Positions 49,620 to 62,716 of a DNA stretch of 64,000 bases are shown here, one piece after another (the stretch's first letter is position 1; each line of letters opens with the position of its first letter). The stretch lies in NCBI RefSeq assembly GCF_009914755.1, contig NC_060933.1; one strand, given 5' to 3'. Made by a program: the position numbers and the translations under genes. The notes beneath the pieces were generated by a model. It was given only the letters and a program-made list of their open reading frames with translations. It ran no database searches and was not told the DNA's origin. The stretch comes from the human T2T-CHM13v2.0 reference genome, Homo sapiens.

Positions 49620-51200
49620 TAATGAATGCCCCGCGCGCACTCGCCGCCGCTGGCGAGCCCAGCTTACAGCCCGACCCCGCACACAGCGCGGCCCGCACCC
49701 CGCGCCCGCCCGCCCGCCCGCAGCGCGCCCTGGGAGCGGTCGCCGGGCCCCCGGCCGGCGGTGGGCGGAGCGCTTACCGTGTTCCTGCTCTCGGGCCGGC
49801 GAGGAGAAAGAAAGGGGCGGCCGGGAGTCGGGCCGCCGGCGCTCGGGGCTCGGGCCGGGCCGGGCCTCCGGGGCCGCGGCGGGAGGCGGGCGGCGGCGAG
49901 GGCGCGGCGCGGGAGGCGGGCGGGCGCGCCGGGTCCGCGGGCGCCGTGGCCGCGCGGAGAGATGTGTGTTAGTAGGTCAGTTCCGAGCGCCGCGCTACGT
50001 CGCCGCCCGCCAGCCCCGCGTGACTGGCGGCCGCGGCCCCAATCGCCGCGCCCGCACCCGCCCCCGGCCCGCCGCCAATGGCCGCGGCCGGCAGGGGCGG
50101 GCCGGGGCGGGCACTCCGCGGCCCCGCCCCGCCTCCCCGCCCTCAGCTCCCCCTCCGCGGCGGCGCCACTACCAGCTCGCGTCCCTCCCCGGCCAGGGCC
50201 ACCGCCGTCCGAGCGCCCGCGAGGGCTGGCGCCCCATTCCCGGCGCAACGAGTGTTGCGCAACGGCCCACGCGGCCGACACGACCGGAGCGAGCCTGCGG
50301 AGGAGCCCGGGAGCCCCCCGTCCCACCGCCCCGTCCGCTCTTGGCTCCCTTCACCCTCCCGGTCGCCGCGGTGGCTCTGCGCACCCCGCGACCCTCACTT
50401 GCTCGCAGAGGCGCTTTTTGTCTTCCTGAGAGCCGCAGCCTGCTGGGCTACCTGTTGCCGACTGAGCACTGCGGGTTGCGGCTACCCGGGCGTGGCCCGG
50501 ACCTCGGCCTCCCCTTCCCCGCACACTCCCGAGAGGAGCCCTCTACCTTGGGGTGGGCAGGAGGGAAGGCGGGGGGTGGCGGCTGGCAAGCTGCCAACAC
50601 TCGGGGCGCGCTGCGGCGGGGAAGGGGTTGGCGCGGCCGGGCAGCTGCGCAGGGCTGCGCGGCGGAGGCAGCGATTAAAATGTCCCGGCGCCTCTCCCGA
50701 GAGCCGCGACGGCCCGGAGCCGGGAGGGAAAGCTCCACGCACAAACACCGCCCCCTGCACAATTAGGGCGAAGATGACGGCTGCAAAGTTGTTGCGTAAC
50801 ACGACTGGGAAACGAGGCTCGCTGAGGTACATCTACCCACCCCCGCCACGCGGGTGCGGCGTTCCTCGGAGGATGTGAAGGTCCGCGCTCGGGTGCCCCC
50901 GCTGGGACGCCCACTGTCGTTTGGTGCTGGGGCTTGAGACGACCGCGCGGGATCTCTTCCTGTGATTTTGAGCTGATAGCTGCTTAGTGTTATTTCTGCG
51001 TCTAACTGGATACGGTAGTCTTCTCTCCCAAATTCCCGGGCTACGGAAGAGACGTAAAAAAATGGAAAAAAGAGCACCTAGCCGCGACTTCTTAAGTCGT
51101 CGTGCTAGACTGTCAAGGCACGTGGCACACTCCCTGCGTTTACCGATACACGGATAGTGGTCAGTGCTGGCCTTGGCGAAGGGAGCCATGTTCCCGACAG
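49620..51200. promoter_or_regulatory. NFIL3: NFIL3 promoter CpG island
   Basis: Very high GC and CpG density. CCAAT at 50039-50043 and 50075-50079, GC boxes at 50094-50130, RORE-like TTAGTAGGTCA 49969-49979, palindromic C/EBP site GTTGCGCAAC 50254-50263, GTTGCGTAAC 50791-50800. No TATA box. Confidence 0.92.
49778..50000 (-). other. NFIL3: NFIL3 non-coding exon 1 (TSS approximate)
   Basis: Donor ACG|GTAAGC at 49778/49777. The spliced junction ...GCAGGAACACG|ATAACGAAGG agrees with the NFIL3 mRNA leader as I recall it. Lies in a CpG island just downstream of CCAAT/GC boxes. Confidence 0.85.
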
Positions 51201-51794
51201 TGACTCACAGGCTTGCCCAAATACGGAGTGTGGCAGGTGGGCAGGACCTCCACCAGCCAGCTCCCTCCTGGTCTCCTTGAACTACGTGGGGGCTGGGCCG
51301 AGTGCCTCCACGACTTTCCACTTCTTTTTGCTCCTTTCGTTTTTAAAAAGCAAAAACCAAAGTAAAGAGAAGAGCAGAGTGAACACCCAGGTACCATCCC
51401 TAGTGTCTGCCATGAGCAGCAGATCTATCTACTCGCCAAGATTGTCTTTTCTACCTTTCCCCTTCTTGCACAGTTAATATCATAATAACCCAAGTCATAT
51501 TTAAAAAATTTTTATCACCTATCAGTTGAGTTTTTGGAAAGCCTTCCAGGGCAGCGTTGTGGTTTTGAACGCACTCTTGTTCGTGATTTATCTGGTAGTA
51601 CAGCTCTGCTGACAAGGCTCTGAAAACTCAGACGTACAATATGGGCTTAGCGTGTTCCCCGACACCATCTTCCCGGTGCTGACTAATGCAAGAACCACAT
51701 CCCCTCCACTACACATTTTCCAAACTTGACTACCTTCATGAGAACAAATCCTGATTTTAGTTTATAATTTCCACTTTTCTCATACATATATAAT

Positions 51795-51914
51795 AATTCA
51801 AGATGTGGTCTTACTATGTTGTCCAGGTTGGCCTGGAACTCCTGGGCTCAAAGGATCCTCCGGCCACAGCCTCCCTGGTAGTGGAATTACAGGCGCATGC
51901 CACTGTGCCTGGCC
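51795..51914 (-). mobile_element. FLAM (Alu monomer)
   Basis: Single arm; TSD CCACTTTTCTCA. Confidence 0.8.
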
Positions 51915-53175
51915 ACTTTTCTCAAATTTACTGATAGTTTCCTTTTTGCCCAAACCTTACAATGCTTATTTGTAGCTTTGAGAACCTCTCTTAGATGAAA
52001 TCAAAATCATATCCATATTAGTTGCCTTTTTGGGGTCAGAAATGCAGCTATTGTCTAGAAATCCAGGGCTGTCCTGCATAATCTACCCTCCCCTTCACGT
52101 GTTCTGACCTTGTTCTGCATTTTGAATAATTTCATGGAATTTCAAAGCCGTTGTAGTAAATGTCTTTCTTTAAAGACAACTCGACCTTCAAGACAGGTAA
52201 AGAACGTGCCTGGAGCCACCCCAGGCAGTGATGCTGGAGGAATTCTCTCAACCTGGAAACTTATTCTTTATGCTGAATTTTGAAATCGAATGCTCCTATA
52301 TTTACTTGGAGTATTTTAGATTGTGTATGTATTATATCTGTGCATCATTCATTGTTACCATCTAACTTGGAAATCAGAGGAAGTGTGAAAGGTATCTGAG
52401 ATACCAGCTTAGAAAACAACTCTTTAGCTCCTCCTGGTGATTAGGACACCACTAAACAACAGGATGAAGGATCTGTCCCCAGGGCCGAAGTGATGATGTA
52501 TCTAATATTATATCCTAGAACATTCACAGAGTAGGTAAGTATTTGCAGATTAACTCGAGTAAATGGAGCATAAAAACCTAAGATATTTGAAACAAATTAA
52601 CCAGGGTGGGGAGGCTTCTAGGAAGACATCAGCATGTGCCTGATGGTGGAGCTGGGCTGTAAGGTTCTCAGGAGGAGGAGGAAGGGGTTCTTGCTCTCAG
52701 CAACCTCTCAGCGCTAGGGGTGGATTGAGGGCAGGGGCAAGGGAGGAGGTGCCTGGACAGGGATGAGAACTACCAGCAGAAGACAATCAACCACATTCTA
52801 ATTCATTTTATTATACTGCCAACATGGTTTCTGACTAAGCAAATATAAGAGCTATAGCTTGAGAACAGAATGACTAAAACAGTGACTTCTCCTTACTAAA
52901 ATGGGAATTAATAGGAATTTGTAATTTAGTAACAACTTAATTTAATATAGTAATAATTTTTCTACAGCTGCAGAATGTCTTGAGCTGGAACATCCCCAAG
53001 AGGCCATATATATATCCCAGGGATTTTACAGTGGACCTCACTAGGCCGGAGTAACTGTAAAGTCAGATGGATAATGAGAATTCAGGACGTTAGCCACACG
53101 TGGACTGTGGCAAAAAGAAAGTGACCCACTGAAGAAGACTGTTTTTCAGCTCTCTCATCAATTGCTGTTTCCAGG

Positions 53176-53388
53176 AGCCCACAGCTCCAATTACTCAAAA
53201 GAACGTTGACTTTTTTTTTTTTGGTAAAATATCCTGATTTTCAGGTTAGGCAAGCAATTCATTAAAAAATAAAAGACTGCACAGCCCACAGCTCCAATTA
53301 TTCAAAAGAAAGTTGACTTTCTTTTTTTTGGTAAAATATCCTGATTTTCAGTTTAGGCAAGCAATTCATTAAAAAATAAAAGACTGCA
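53176..53388. repeat. Tandem duplication of a ~107-bp unit
   Basis: 53176-53282 vs 53283-53388, nearly identical. Confidence 0.95.
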
Positions 53389-53754
53389 GGACTTACCTAC
53401 CCAGAGGCTGGACAGTCTGAGTCCTCTGAGTTCTACAGAGATGTCCTGGGAACAGGGGGTGGAGACGGGGGACTCAGTGGCTAAAAAGCAGGCTGCCTAC
53501 CTGGCAACCAAATTGGGCAGCTCTACCCTATCTGTTTTGTGCATTGGACTTATGGATTTCTTTGTAGAAAAAACTTCGATAACTAAAAGCCCTTTGGTGA
53601 CCTCCTGTCTGGTCTGGTGGCCGGCAGCCTGCATCAGGGCTCCTGTGTGCCAGGACCATTTTCTTTCCACTGTAGTATGTTTATGGACCACCTTGTGTCT
53701 TTTTATTAAACTCCAGGAACAGAAGTTCAGTTTCTGGGAATCCATAGCATACCG

Positions 53755-54083
53755 TTTTTGTTGTTGTTGTTGTTGTTGTTGTTGTTTTTGTTTTTGAGAC
53801 AGGGTCTTGCTCTCTTGCCCACACTGGAGGGCAGTGGAGTGATCACGGCTCACTGCAGCCTTGACCCCCCCAGGCTCAAGCAAACCTCCAACCTCAGCCT
53901 TCCAAGTAGCTGGGATTACAGGTGCACACTACCATGCCTGGCTAATTTTTTAATTTTTTTTTTGTTAGAGTCAATGTCTCTCTATGTTGCCCAGGCTGGT
54001 CTCAAACTCCTGGGCTCAAGCAATCCTCCCACCTTGGCCTCCCAAAGTGCTGGAATTACAGGTGTGAGTCACAGCACCAGACC
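53755..54083 (-). mobile_element. AluJ with (TTG)9 tail
   Basis: Antisense dimer; microsatellite at 53758-53784. Confidence 0.88.
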
Positions 54084-56029
54084 TGTTTTGTTTTCAAGTG
54101 GAGGCTTTAAGATGTGAGCTAGCATGGTAGCCTTAGTGAGGTTCTCCTCCCCACGCCCATCAGTGTGTGCTTTTTGCTGGGATTTTGGCTTTGATGCAAT
54201 GAGTCATTGACTGTTGAGGCAGAAACTTCCTGGAATGATATTTCTTTCCACCACTCATGCACTTTTATTTCTGCTATTCATGCCATTTTTAATCTTTCAC
54301 CTCTGTCTTCCTCTTCCGCTTTGCCTTTTCTTGTAGTTTTTCTACCCTTGTTGACCTTTTTTCTTTTTAAATTTAGTTATCTTGATTTACTCTATTATTC
54401 TTAGTTTTTTCCTTTGGCCTTTCTCCAGTCATTCAGATCATTACTTCCTGGGATTCCTTCATTCCCCCAAACATCCACTTTTCTCTTTGCTCTTGCCACC
54501 TACCTATCCCAGCCACAACCTAGACGTTATAGTTTTTAAGATTTCAACTGTCTTCCAGCCTCTGCCTCTCGGTCCCCTAACTTTGCCATGTGGCTCCATT
54601 AGCAGGAGTTCTATTAGCATGCTTGGCCTTCTTTTTCAAAAACTAGCTTTTGTGGGAAATTGGGTAATAGAAGATGGTCACATAACATTCCCTGTAGAAG
54701 CGATGGCTTTAAAGTATGGGAAGCCAAAATGTTTCCTATTAAGCAGCTCTTGCTCAAGCTAAGAAAGAAATTAGATCTCTACACCAACGACATGATTTCC
54801 CCAGACAAAATCAGCTGATGGTCTGAATACATTTGAAAGCATTTCCAAAGGACCCAGGAAAAGACCAGAAAGAGGTGATTTTGCAAAGAAGAGAAAATGT
54901 TGCAAGTACACTATTACAAAAACTGAAACATGTCTTTAAATTCAGCCACCACAGATGGCACACATTTCAGTAAGCATTTTTATTCATTCAGATTAAATGG
55001 TATATGTGAGTAAGAGTGCCAAAATAAGGGACATTAACAAAAAAAGGTGGGTAGGAAAAAGGAGAATACACTAAAAATGGTCAAGACTGTGGGAGCAGCT
55101 AATCGTGTTCATTGCAAAATCTTGGCGATGGAGCAAGCATTGTGGCAGCACTCAGCCAGCAACTGGAACACAGCTAGCAGGGCTATGAGTATATGAAATA
55201 GAAAATTGTGAAATATGTTCTAACAAAAATCATTTCATGAAGAATAAGACAAGACAGGTCCACATTGCAATCCAGTTCAAATCAACGAAGTAAAGCTTAT
55301 CTAAACATTTCTGTGAAGTCATGCACAGGATAGTTTACTGGAAAGAGCTACACAGCTGCAACTCAGAAGCTGAAATTCTGGTGCATTCTGTACCCCATAC
55401 TCACCAAGGGGATCATTTCACCTCTCTGAATGTCCATTCCTTCATCTGAAACCCGAGGGAGCCAACCAGATGGTTGGCCACGTTCCTTCTCTCATTAGCA
55501 TGGGTTGACTAACATGCCACCAGCATATATTGCAGAAAAGAAAAACTGCAAATGTGGCATTTGCAGCAAAGCAGCTATGGCAAGCACTGGCTCATTCATA
55601 ACCTTCCCTTGGCCTAATTGTAACATGGACAAGAGAAAATTACCTTGTTGAGTTGCCCACCAACTTTTGTCACTCCAGAGACAAAAGTTGTCTTCTGGAG
55701 TCGTTTGTTTCAGCAAGAGATTAAAGTGAATGCTCTCCGTTTGGTAAATGCACTTAAGAAGTCCGGAAATTGGGTGCTTGACCGCATTTCTGGTCTTCTG
55801 AGAAACTTTCAGAAGTGCTCAAGATTCAGGTGCCATTGTGTTTTCAGCTGCTGCTGTGTGATGCTGCTCTCAGGCGGTGCATGTAGGTCTGTGGAGGATT
55901 TTGTGAGTCCGCATACTGGCAGGATGATAAAAGAGCCAGCTCTCGGGCAGTCACCAGGAATTGCAGGCAGTAGAGCCCAGTGCTGAAGACCCAGATACAG
56001 AGGCCCGTGTCCACATCCCAGCTTGCCCA

Positions 56030-57500
56030 CAGCCACTCAGGAACTCTGTGGCTGTGGGCAACTTACTTTTCTCGTCTGCTGTGTGCCTCACTTTCACCTT
56101 TTGACAACCATTTATAATTATAGTATCAATCTCAACTTGTTCTGAGGATAAAATTAGTACCTATTAACTGATTAGGAAAGTGCCTGATATATTAGCAAGT
56201 GTTAGCTATTATTATTAACCCAAAAAAGAATCAACATACATCAGAAAAATAGTATCATCAACCAAATACTTGTGCCTGTGCATGCGTATGTGTGTGCGTG
56301 TCCATATTAATTACATATACATAATAAATCTTGTTACGCTGCCAGGATCCTATTCAATTCAGATGAACAAGTGAGCATGTACATCTACAAGAAAGAATAA
56401 CAGAGGTGGATGGGGATTAGAATTCATTCATTCTTCCATTTATGGAGCACCTGCTGGGTGCCAGGCATCCCTTGAACAGTTGAGTGATGTCCCATGCCTG
56501 CTGTAGACTTGGCGCTCATTCACTCACTCCCTCACTTAAGGTACATGTTTACTGACTACTTAGCAGGGGCCAGAAACTAAGCCAGGCCCTTAGAGGTTAA
56601 TGGGAAGATGAGGATGGTGGGTTAAAAGCATAACTCGAATACTGTCGCGGTGTGGTAACTGTCACTGGAAAGACCAGACTGTGTACCAAGAGGGGCTTGA
56701 AGGAGAGGAGACCCACATTCCATTGAAGCAGAGGCAGAAGTACTTCCTGAAAGAGGGTATAATTTAATCAAAGTTTTTCTTTTTTATTAAAAAAAATGTT
56801 TGGTACAGGGTCTTGCTCTATTGCCCAGGCTGGAGTGCAGTGGCATGATCATAGCTCACTGCAGCCTTGACCTCCTGAGCTCAAGCAATCCTCCTGCCTC
56901 AGCCTCCCAAGCAGCTAGCACTACAGGTGCATGCCAACACACCAGGCTAATTAAAAAACATTTTGTAGAGGCAGGATCTCACTATGTTGCTCAGGCTAGT
57001 CTCAAACTCCTGGCCTCAAGTGATCCTCCTACCTCAGCCTCCCAAGTGCTGGGATTATGACCAAAGTCTTAAAGATGTATGGGTATTCTACAGGCAGGAA
57101 TCATGCCTCAAAAGAGTACCACATAAAGCCAGGCCTAGCAAAGCCAGTGTGGTTGGTGACCAAGGGAACCTTGGGGAGTGACAAGTCCTGGCAGAGAGCT
57201 TGATGGAAACCCAGGTTTTGCAAAGTCGGCATGGGAGAGCAGTGTGGAAATGTAGACCAGGCCCAGGCCTAGGGGACCTGGAGTAGCAAAACCAACCAGT
57301 ACGTTATTCAGGCAGTACGTTATTCAAGCATTTAAAACACATTGTTTTAAATGCTTTTTTTCCCCCAAATGTCACACATTAAGAATTAGTGTAGGGAAAT
57401 GGTTCAAAGCCTGGACTCTAGAGCTGGGTGGCCATGGGTAAGTCACGTGAAACCTTGATGCCTCAGTTTCTTCATCTGAGAAACAGCACAATAGTACTTT
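56030..57500. mobile_element. MIR (~56030-56215, ~57385-57500), L2 (~56420-56760) and AluJ (~56775-57060, -)
   Basis: Family core motifs, e.g. GCCTCAGTTTCTTCATCTG and ATTCATTCATTC...GAGCACCTGCTG. Confidence 0.7.
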
Positions 57501-58169
57501 ACATATGCTATATATGCTTCAGTTCCTCTACACAGTAAGAATAATAACAAATACTGCTCAAACACCACAGCATGCACACACCGTCTTGGGCGCATCACAT
57601 ATATTAAGATGTTTCATCCTTCTACCATTCCGTGGAGAGGGGAAAGGTGTCACGGGAACAGAGCCTGAGCTTAGGGATGCACTGGCACATGCTCTCCTGT
57701 GCTATTACAAAGGGTGTGTATTCATCCCACGAGAGAAAGCCAGCTGGAGACTAGAAGCAAGTGGAATTTGACTTGAACAGTTTAACCACAGTGGAAACCG
57801 ACGTGACTTTGGCCTTCAGGGAGTGTCTGTACTTGGGCTATGCTGCTCCAGAGTTCCTTTTGCTTCTGTTCCTGCTCCTGGCTGTCTGGGATGGTTCCCA
57901 GTGCAGGACTTGTGCTGCTCAATGACCCAGGCCACACAAGACTTTCCCCCTAATGCATAAGTAAAACACCACTTTCCTTTGTAAAAATGACCTCTCTGCA
58001 AGTCCCAGTGTGTCTCCTTCCTGGATCCCCTTTGCCTCACCTGTCCCAAGCCTCTCTTGCTTGCTACTGGACAGGCTTTGTCTTGGACGCCTTTCCCTCT
58101 TCTACCACCAGCAGCTAACTTGGGTCTTCCTGGGTTCCCAATGCTTTCCTGCTGCTGCAAGTAAGATGG

Positions 58170-58595
58170 ACAGAACTTACAGATGGGCACCTCCCATCAC
58201 TTAGGAACTCACACAAGCACAGAGGGCCAGGAACCTGTCTTTCCCAGGGGCTACCGGGGCAGGTGACACAACCCCATGATGTAGGGTAGTTGGCACACTG
58301 TCAGGTTAGTTCTGAGCCATGAGTGACAGGAGATGGGATGGAACCAGTAGATAAATACCTCCTCTCTACAATGTTTAGTGGCATGATGTCCCAAATCCCA
58401 GCCACAGTCTGTGCTGTCTTGGGGCACTGTAGTCAACCTGGTAGTGTACCTTGTCCTTATAAATGTACTTCCCCTATTTCTCTGTCTCCTCTTCTTTTCC
58501 TCCTACTCTTGCAGTTCTAGAATTGTACCTCCCAAGAAAGGCTTAGCACAGGAGATTTGATTCAGGCTCCGGTTTCTGGGAAACTCAGGCCCAGC
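58170..58595 (+). mobile_element. ERVL LTR (LTR16-like)
   Basis: 3' end TCAGGCTCCGGTTTCTGGGAAACTCAGGC resembles LTR16 termini. Confidence 0.5.
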
Positions 58596-59079
58596 CAATT
58601 TCTTTCGGAACCTGTCAAAGATTCAAAGTGCAGCAATAGTCCCAAAAATAGGTTTCCTGAAAACATGTCCCTCACGAAAAGTAGCAGAGAAAGATGACTC
58701 TCAGTCTTGCAGAGAAATTGTCCATTTTCTTATCTTTTGCAGTATTATGAAAACTGTTGCTGACACATAAGAACCTATATATTCCAGTGAAGTTGTTTAG
58801 GTTTTTTTTTTGCCAGATCTTAATTCTGCTGTGCAAAGGCAGAGCTGAAAAGAAATGGGAGGTTGATTTGTAAAGCATTAGTGTGAGAAGGTCTTAGGGA
58901 GGTCTTTTCTAGTACTCTTTTGGAGTATGATATATATTGCTAAAGTAGCTGGAGAGTAGTCAGAAGTATAGCTATTTTGATGTGATAAAAGGAAAACATT
59001 TTGAACTGCAGACTAGGAAAGAAAACTTTCTTGTTACTGAAAAATATTTATCTTTACTACTGAATATCTGAAAAGCATT

Positions 59080-61000
59080 CTTTTTCAGTGTAAATTTAAT
59101 CATTTAATGGTGAAACAATAAAGTCCTTCCTATTTAAGTAGGAAAATAAACAGGAAACTCATTATTATTTGACATCATTTTGAAGGTCTTAGCCATTGCA
59201 ATGAGACAGGAAAAAAAAGAATTATCAATATTACAAGGAAGTTATAATTCCATATGTTCATTTACTTATGTAGCAAAACTAAAGCTTATGCAAAAATAGA
59301 AGAATTCAGTAATGTAGCTGGACAAGATGTTAATATTTAAAAACAAAATTTTCCTGCATATGGGAATCATTTGTAATAGAATGGCTAAAAGCACACATTC
59401 TACATTTATTGCTGTGACTATCGGCAAATTGCTGAGACTCATTATGTTTCAGTTTCCTCCTCTGCACACTTGGGATTGTAGTCATGCTGCCCTCTGAAGG
59501 TTATGGTGAGGATATTATGAATGAGCATTGCTGCAGTTTGACTCACACAAGATCTACTTACAAGCTTATTCATCCAGTCTTTATTTACTCTGGGATTTGC
59601 AAGTATCAAATACTTTCAGACTTCCTTGATGGCAGGGGTGGCTAACTGACATCATTCTGGCCAAACGGGCATAATAAGAAGTTGCAGGTGCCCCTATTTT
59701 CCTTTTCTCCTGCCTTAAAAATGGACATGATGCTAGAACTATAGCACCCATTTGACCATGAGGGAAGCGTCAATATCAGCACCTGTTTACCTACTCCTGG
59801 GCTTCTTGAACATGAGAAACACAAACCTCGATTTGTTTAAGTCATTGTTAGATGAGTATTTTGTGAACAATATTTTCATTTGTGACTGAATAACATGTGA
59901 AGCATAACATAAATAACATATCTGGTGCCTAGGCAGTGTTTAATAAATGTTAGCTCTTAGTATTTTAGTTGAAAAATATTATATTTAAATATATTTAAAA
60001 TATACTTGGGAAAAGTGTCTTATTCACAATAAGAAAAACTATCAAATAATTAATACTACATCTAACAAAAAGGTACAAGCTAGTCTACATAAAGAAAACT
60101 ATTAAACATTGAATAATGACTAACAGAAGCCAAACAAGTAAAAAAATTGAATATATTTCTGATTAAGAGTATTATAAAGATGATGATTACCCCCAAATTA
60201 ACCAATGAGTATAATCTCTCTTAATCAAAATTCTAATGGATATTTTGAGAAACTTAAAAAGTTGATTCTCAGGCCAGACACAGTGACTCATGCGTATAAT
60301 AGAAGCACTTTGGGAGGCTGAGGCATGAGGATCACTGGAGACCAGGAGATTGAGACCAGTCTGCACAACACAGGCTCTCATGAGTGCTTCTAAACAATGG
60401 AACATAATATGCTTCCAGAACCTCAGCTTCATGAAGTCTAAGACATGTTTCTTCAGCTTTCAAGCCTCCCCAAGTAGATATCAGATTGCATGGGAGTAGA
60501 AAAAAATGGATGCTAAGTGTCTACTAACCAAGGGAAAATACATCATGTTGGAATCATTGGCTAGACCTTCATCTCATTCCAAGCATAAAAATATTCCCGT
60601 AATATTAAAGATTTAAGTGTTAAATTACACATAAAAGTACAAAACCAAAATATGGGAGAACAGGTCTACATGAAACCCAGAAGTTACAAAAGAAAAGATA
60701 AATATATTTAATTAACCGTGAAGCAGCTTTTGTTTGATAAAAGACACCTTAAAATTAAAAGACAAAAAATTTGAGAAAATAGTTCACATTTTTATTCTAG
60801 AAAAAGGTTTAACATTCTTAATATGTTAAGCACTCTTATAAATTTACAAGAAAATCAACATCCAATAGGAAAATAGTAAAAGGATACGAATAATTTTCGA
60901 AAAAAATCAAGTGCACCTAGACTTCACCACTATACAATTCATCCATGTACAACCAAAAATCGCTTGTACTCTTAAAGCTATCGCAATTAAAAAAAAAATT
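59080..61000 (+). mobile_element. Fragmented old L1M with nested MIR, MLT1 (~59570-59880), FLAM (~60271-60375) and an L1PB-like 3' end (~60908-61000)
   Basis: TCTTAGCCATTGCAATGAGACAGG (L1 ORF2); GACTTCACCACTATACAATTCATCCATGTA (L1PB 3' end). Confidence 0.6.
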
Positions 61001-62434
61001 AAGAATAGGTGGCAGTTTAGATTTGGGCCATAGGCCTGTAGTTTGCCAAACACTTCTCTAAAGGGTTTCCTAGGGAATGTGGAGGTCAGCATGAACATGC
61101 CCAAGGACCATGGCAAGGCTGCCTGTAGGTGACATAACAGTATCCGTATGAGCCGTCTTCTATGATTCCAGGCACCCCTGTGCTTTCCCTGGTTTTCTTT
61201 TGCATTCCCCCAAAGTACCTAATAACTGAATTGTGTGTTTTCTCTTTCTTTCTCTCTCTCTCCACTGCCCCCACTAGGCATAGCAAGTATTTGCTATGTC
61301 AAGTAGTGGAAGCATCACCCTCCTTGGATATTCAGTCCTCTAAATGATCAGAACCCAGAGTTGTGAGAATTGTGATAAAAACGCTTGCTGCAACTGACTT
61401 ATACAATAATACAATCATCAGGCCCCTGGAGCTGCTGGTCAGAAAACTCCAACATCTCTATGACCTTGCCTGCCTGCAGCAATTGCTAACTCAACAGGAA
61501 GTGTGCCTCACCTCTCTTTCACCATCAAATTTTATCTTAATTTGCATCCAGAATACCAGTTGCAAGAGAGACTAGTAAATGTGGAATTCAAATTCTATGG
61601 TACATAAAAGGCCACTCAAAGGAGGTTGAAATGGAACTTGAGTGCCATTTCATCATGGTCCTCATGAAGCCTGACCGAGTCCACCTGCCTCTAGAGGCTG
61701 GATGATGGCTCCGTTTGGCACTGAATCAGTTTTAGAGACATCTGCCTGCGCCTGAAACTGAGGAGTGTAGGAAGAAAGGTCTGCCTTGGTGAAGTGAGGA
61801 CTATGATTTTGCCACATGGTCTTCATGACTACCATTCTATTCTGTGACAGTGGTCAACCAGGGTCCCTTACTGAGACTTTCAGTGAACAGTTTATTCCAT
61901 GTGCCTACAGCTTATAATCTAATTAACATTTCATCTATGCATGCCAGGTACTATCAGAACTCTTCCCTTTAATACTAGCTGGATTTTTACTTCCTTCAGT
62001 TACATCTTGTACATCCCATAGTTCACTCAACTTGCTGAGAATCTGGGAGCAATTTTTTACAGCATTCAGGGTACTTTGTTGCAAGCAACACAGACCGATT
62101 TTGGCTAATATGAGCAGAACAGTAATTTACTAAACAAAAAAACCCAAAAAACTCCAGGCAACTCACAGAATCTGTGGCAAGTCAGGTTTGAAGGCTAAAA
62201 AGCCGGAAGCTATGCCCCAAATCAAACTGCAGAATTGATCTCCCGCAGGCACTGCTGTCTCTGCTGTAGGACAGAGAAACTGCATCTGCATGGCACACTC
62301 CTCCAATGCTGCTACCAGAAAGAAAGCTCCTGCAAACAGGATACAGCCACCTTCACAGGCACTGCCCCAGGGAAAGAGCCTGCATGATCTCCATTTCTTC
62401 ACATTACCATTTTCTGATTAAGATTTGAAGGTGG

Positions 62435-62716
62435 GGCCGGGCGCGGTGGCTCACGCCTGTAATCCCAGCACTTTGGGAGGCCGAAGGCGGGCGGATCGCG
62501 AGGTCAGGTGATAGAGACCATCCCGGCTAACACGGTGAAACCTCGTCTCTACTAAAAATACAAAAAATTAGCCGGGCGTGGTGGCGGGCACCTTTAGTTT
62601 CAGCTACTCCGGAGGCTGAGGCAGGAGAATGGCGTGAATCCGGGTGGCGGAGCTTGCAGTGAGTCGAGATGGCGCCACTGCACTCCAGCCTGGGCGACAG
62701 AGCAAGACTCTGCCTC

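Noticed and set aside
47185-50878. Long ORFs (220-282 aa) on both strands in the CpG islands
   Set aside because: Low-complexity P/R/G/A-rich products expected from stop-poor GC-rich DNA; several frames are open simultaneously.
53441-53883. Poly-Q / poly-C / poly-L ORFs
   Set aside because: Produced by the (TTG)9 Alu tail microsatellite.
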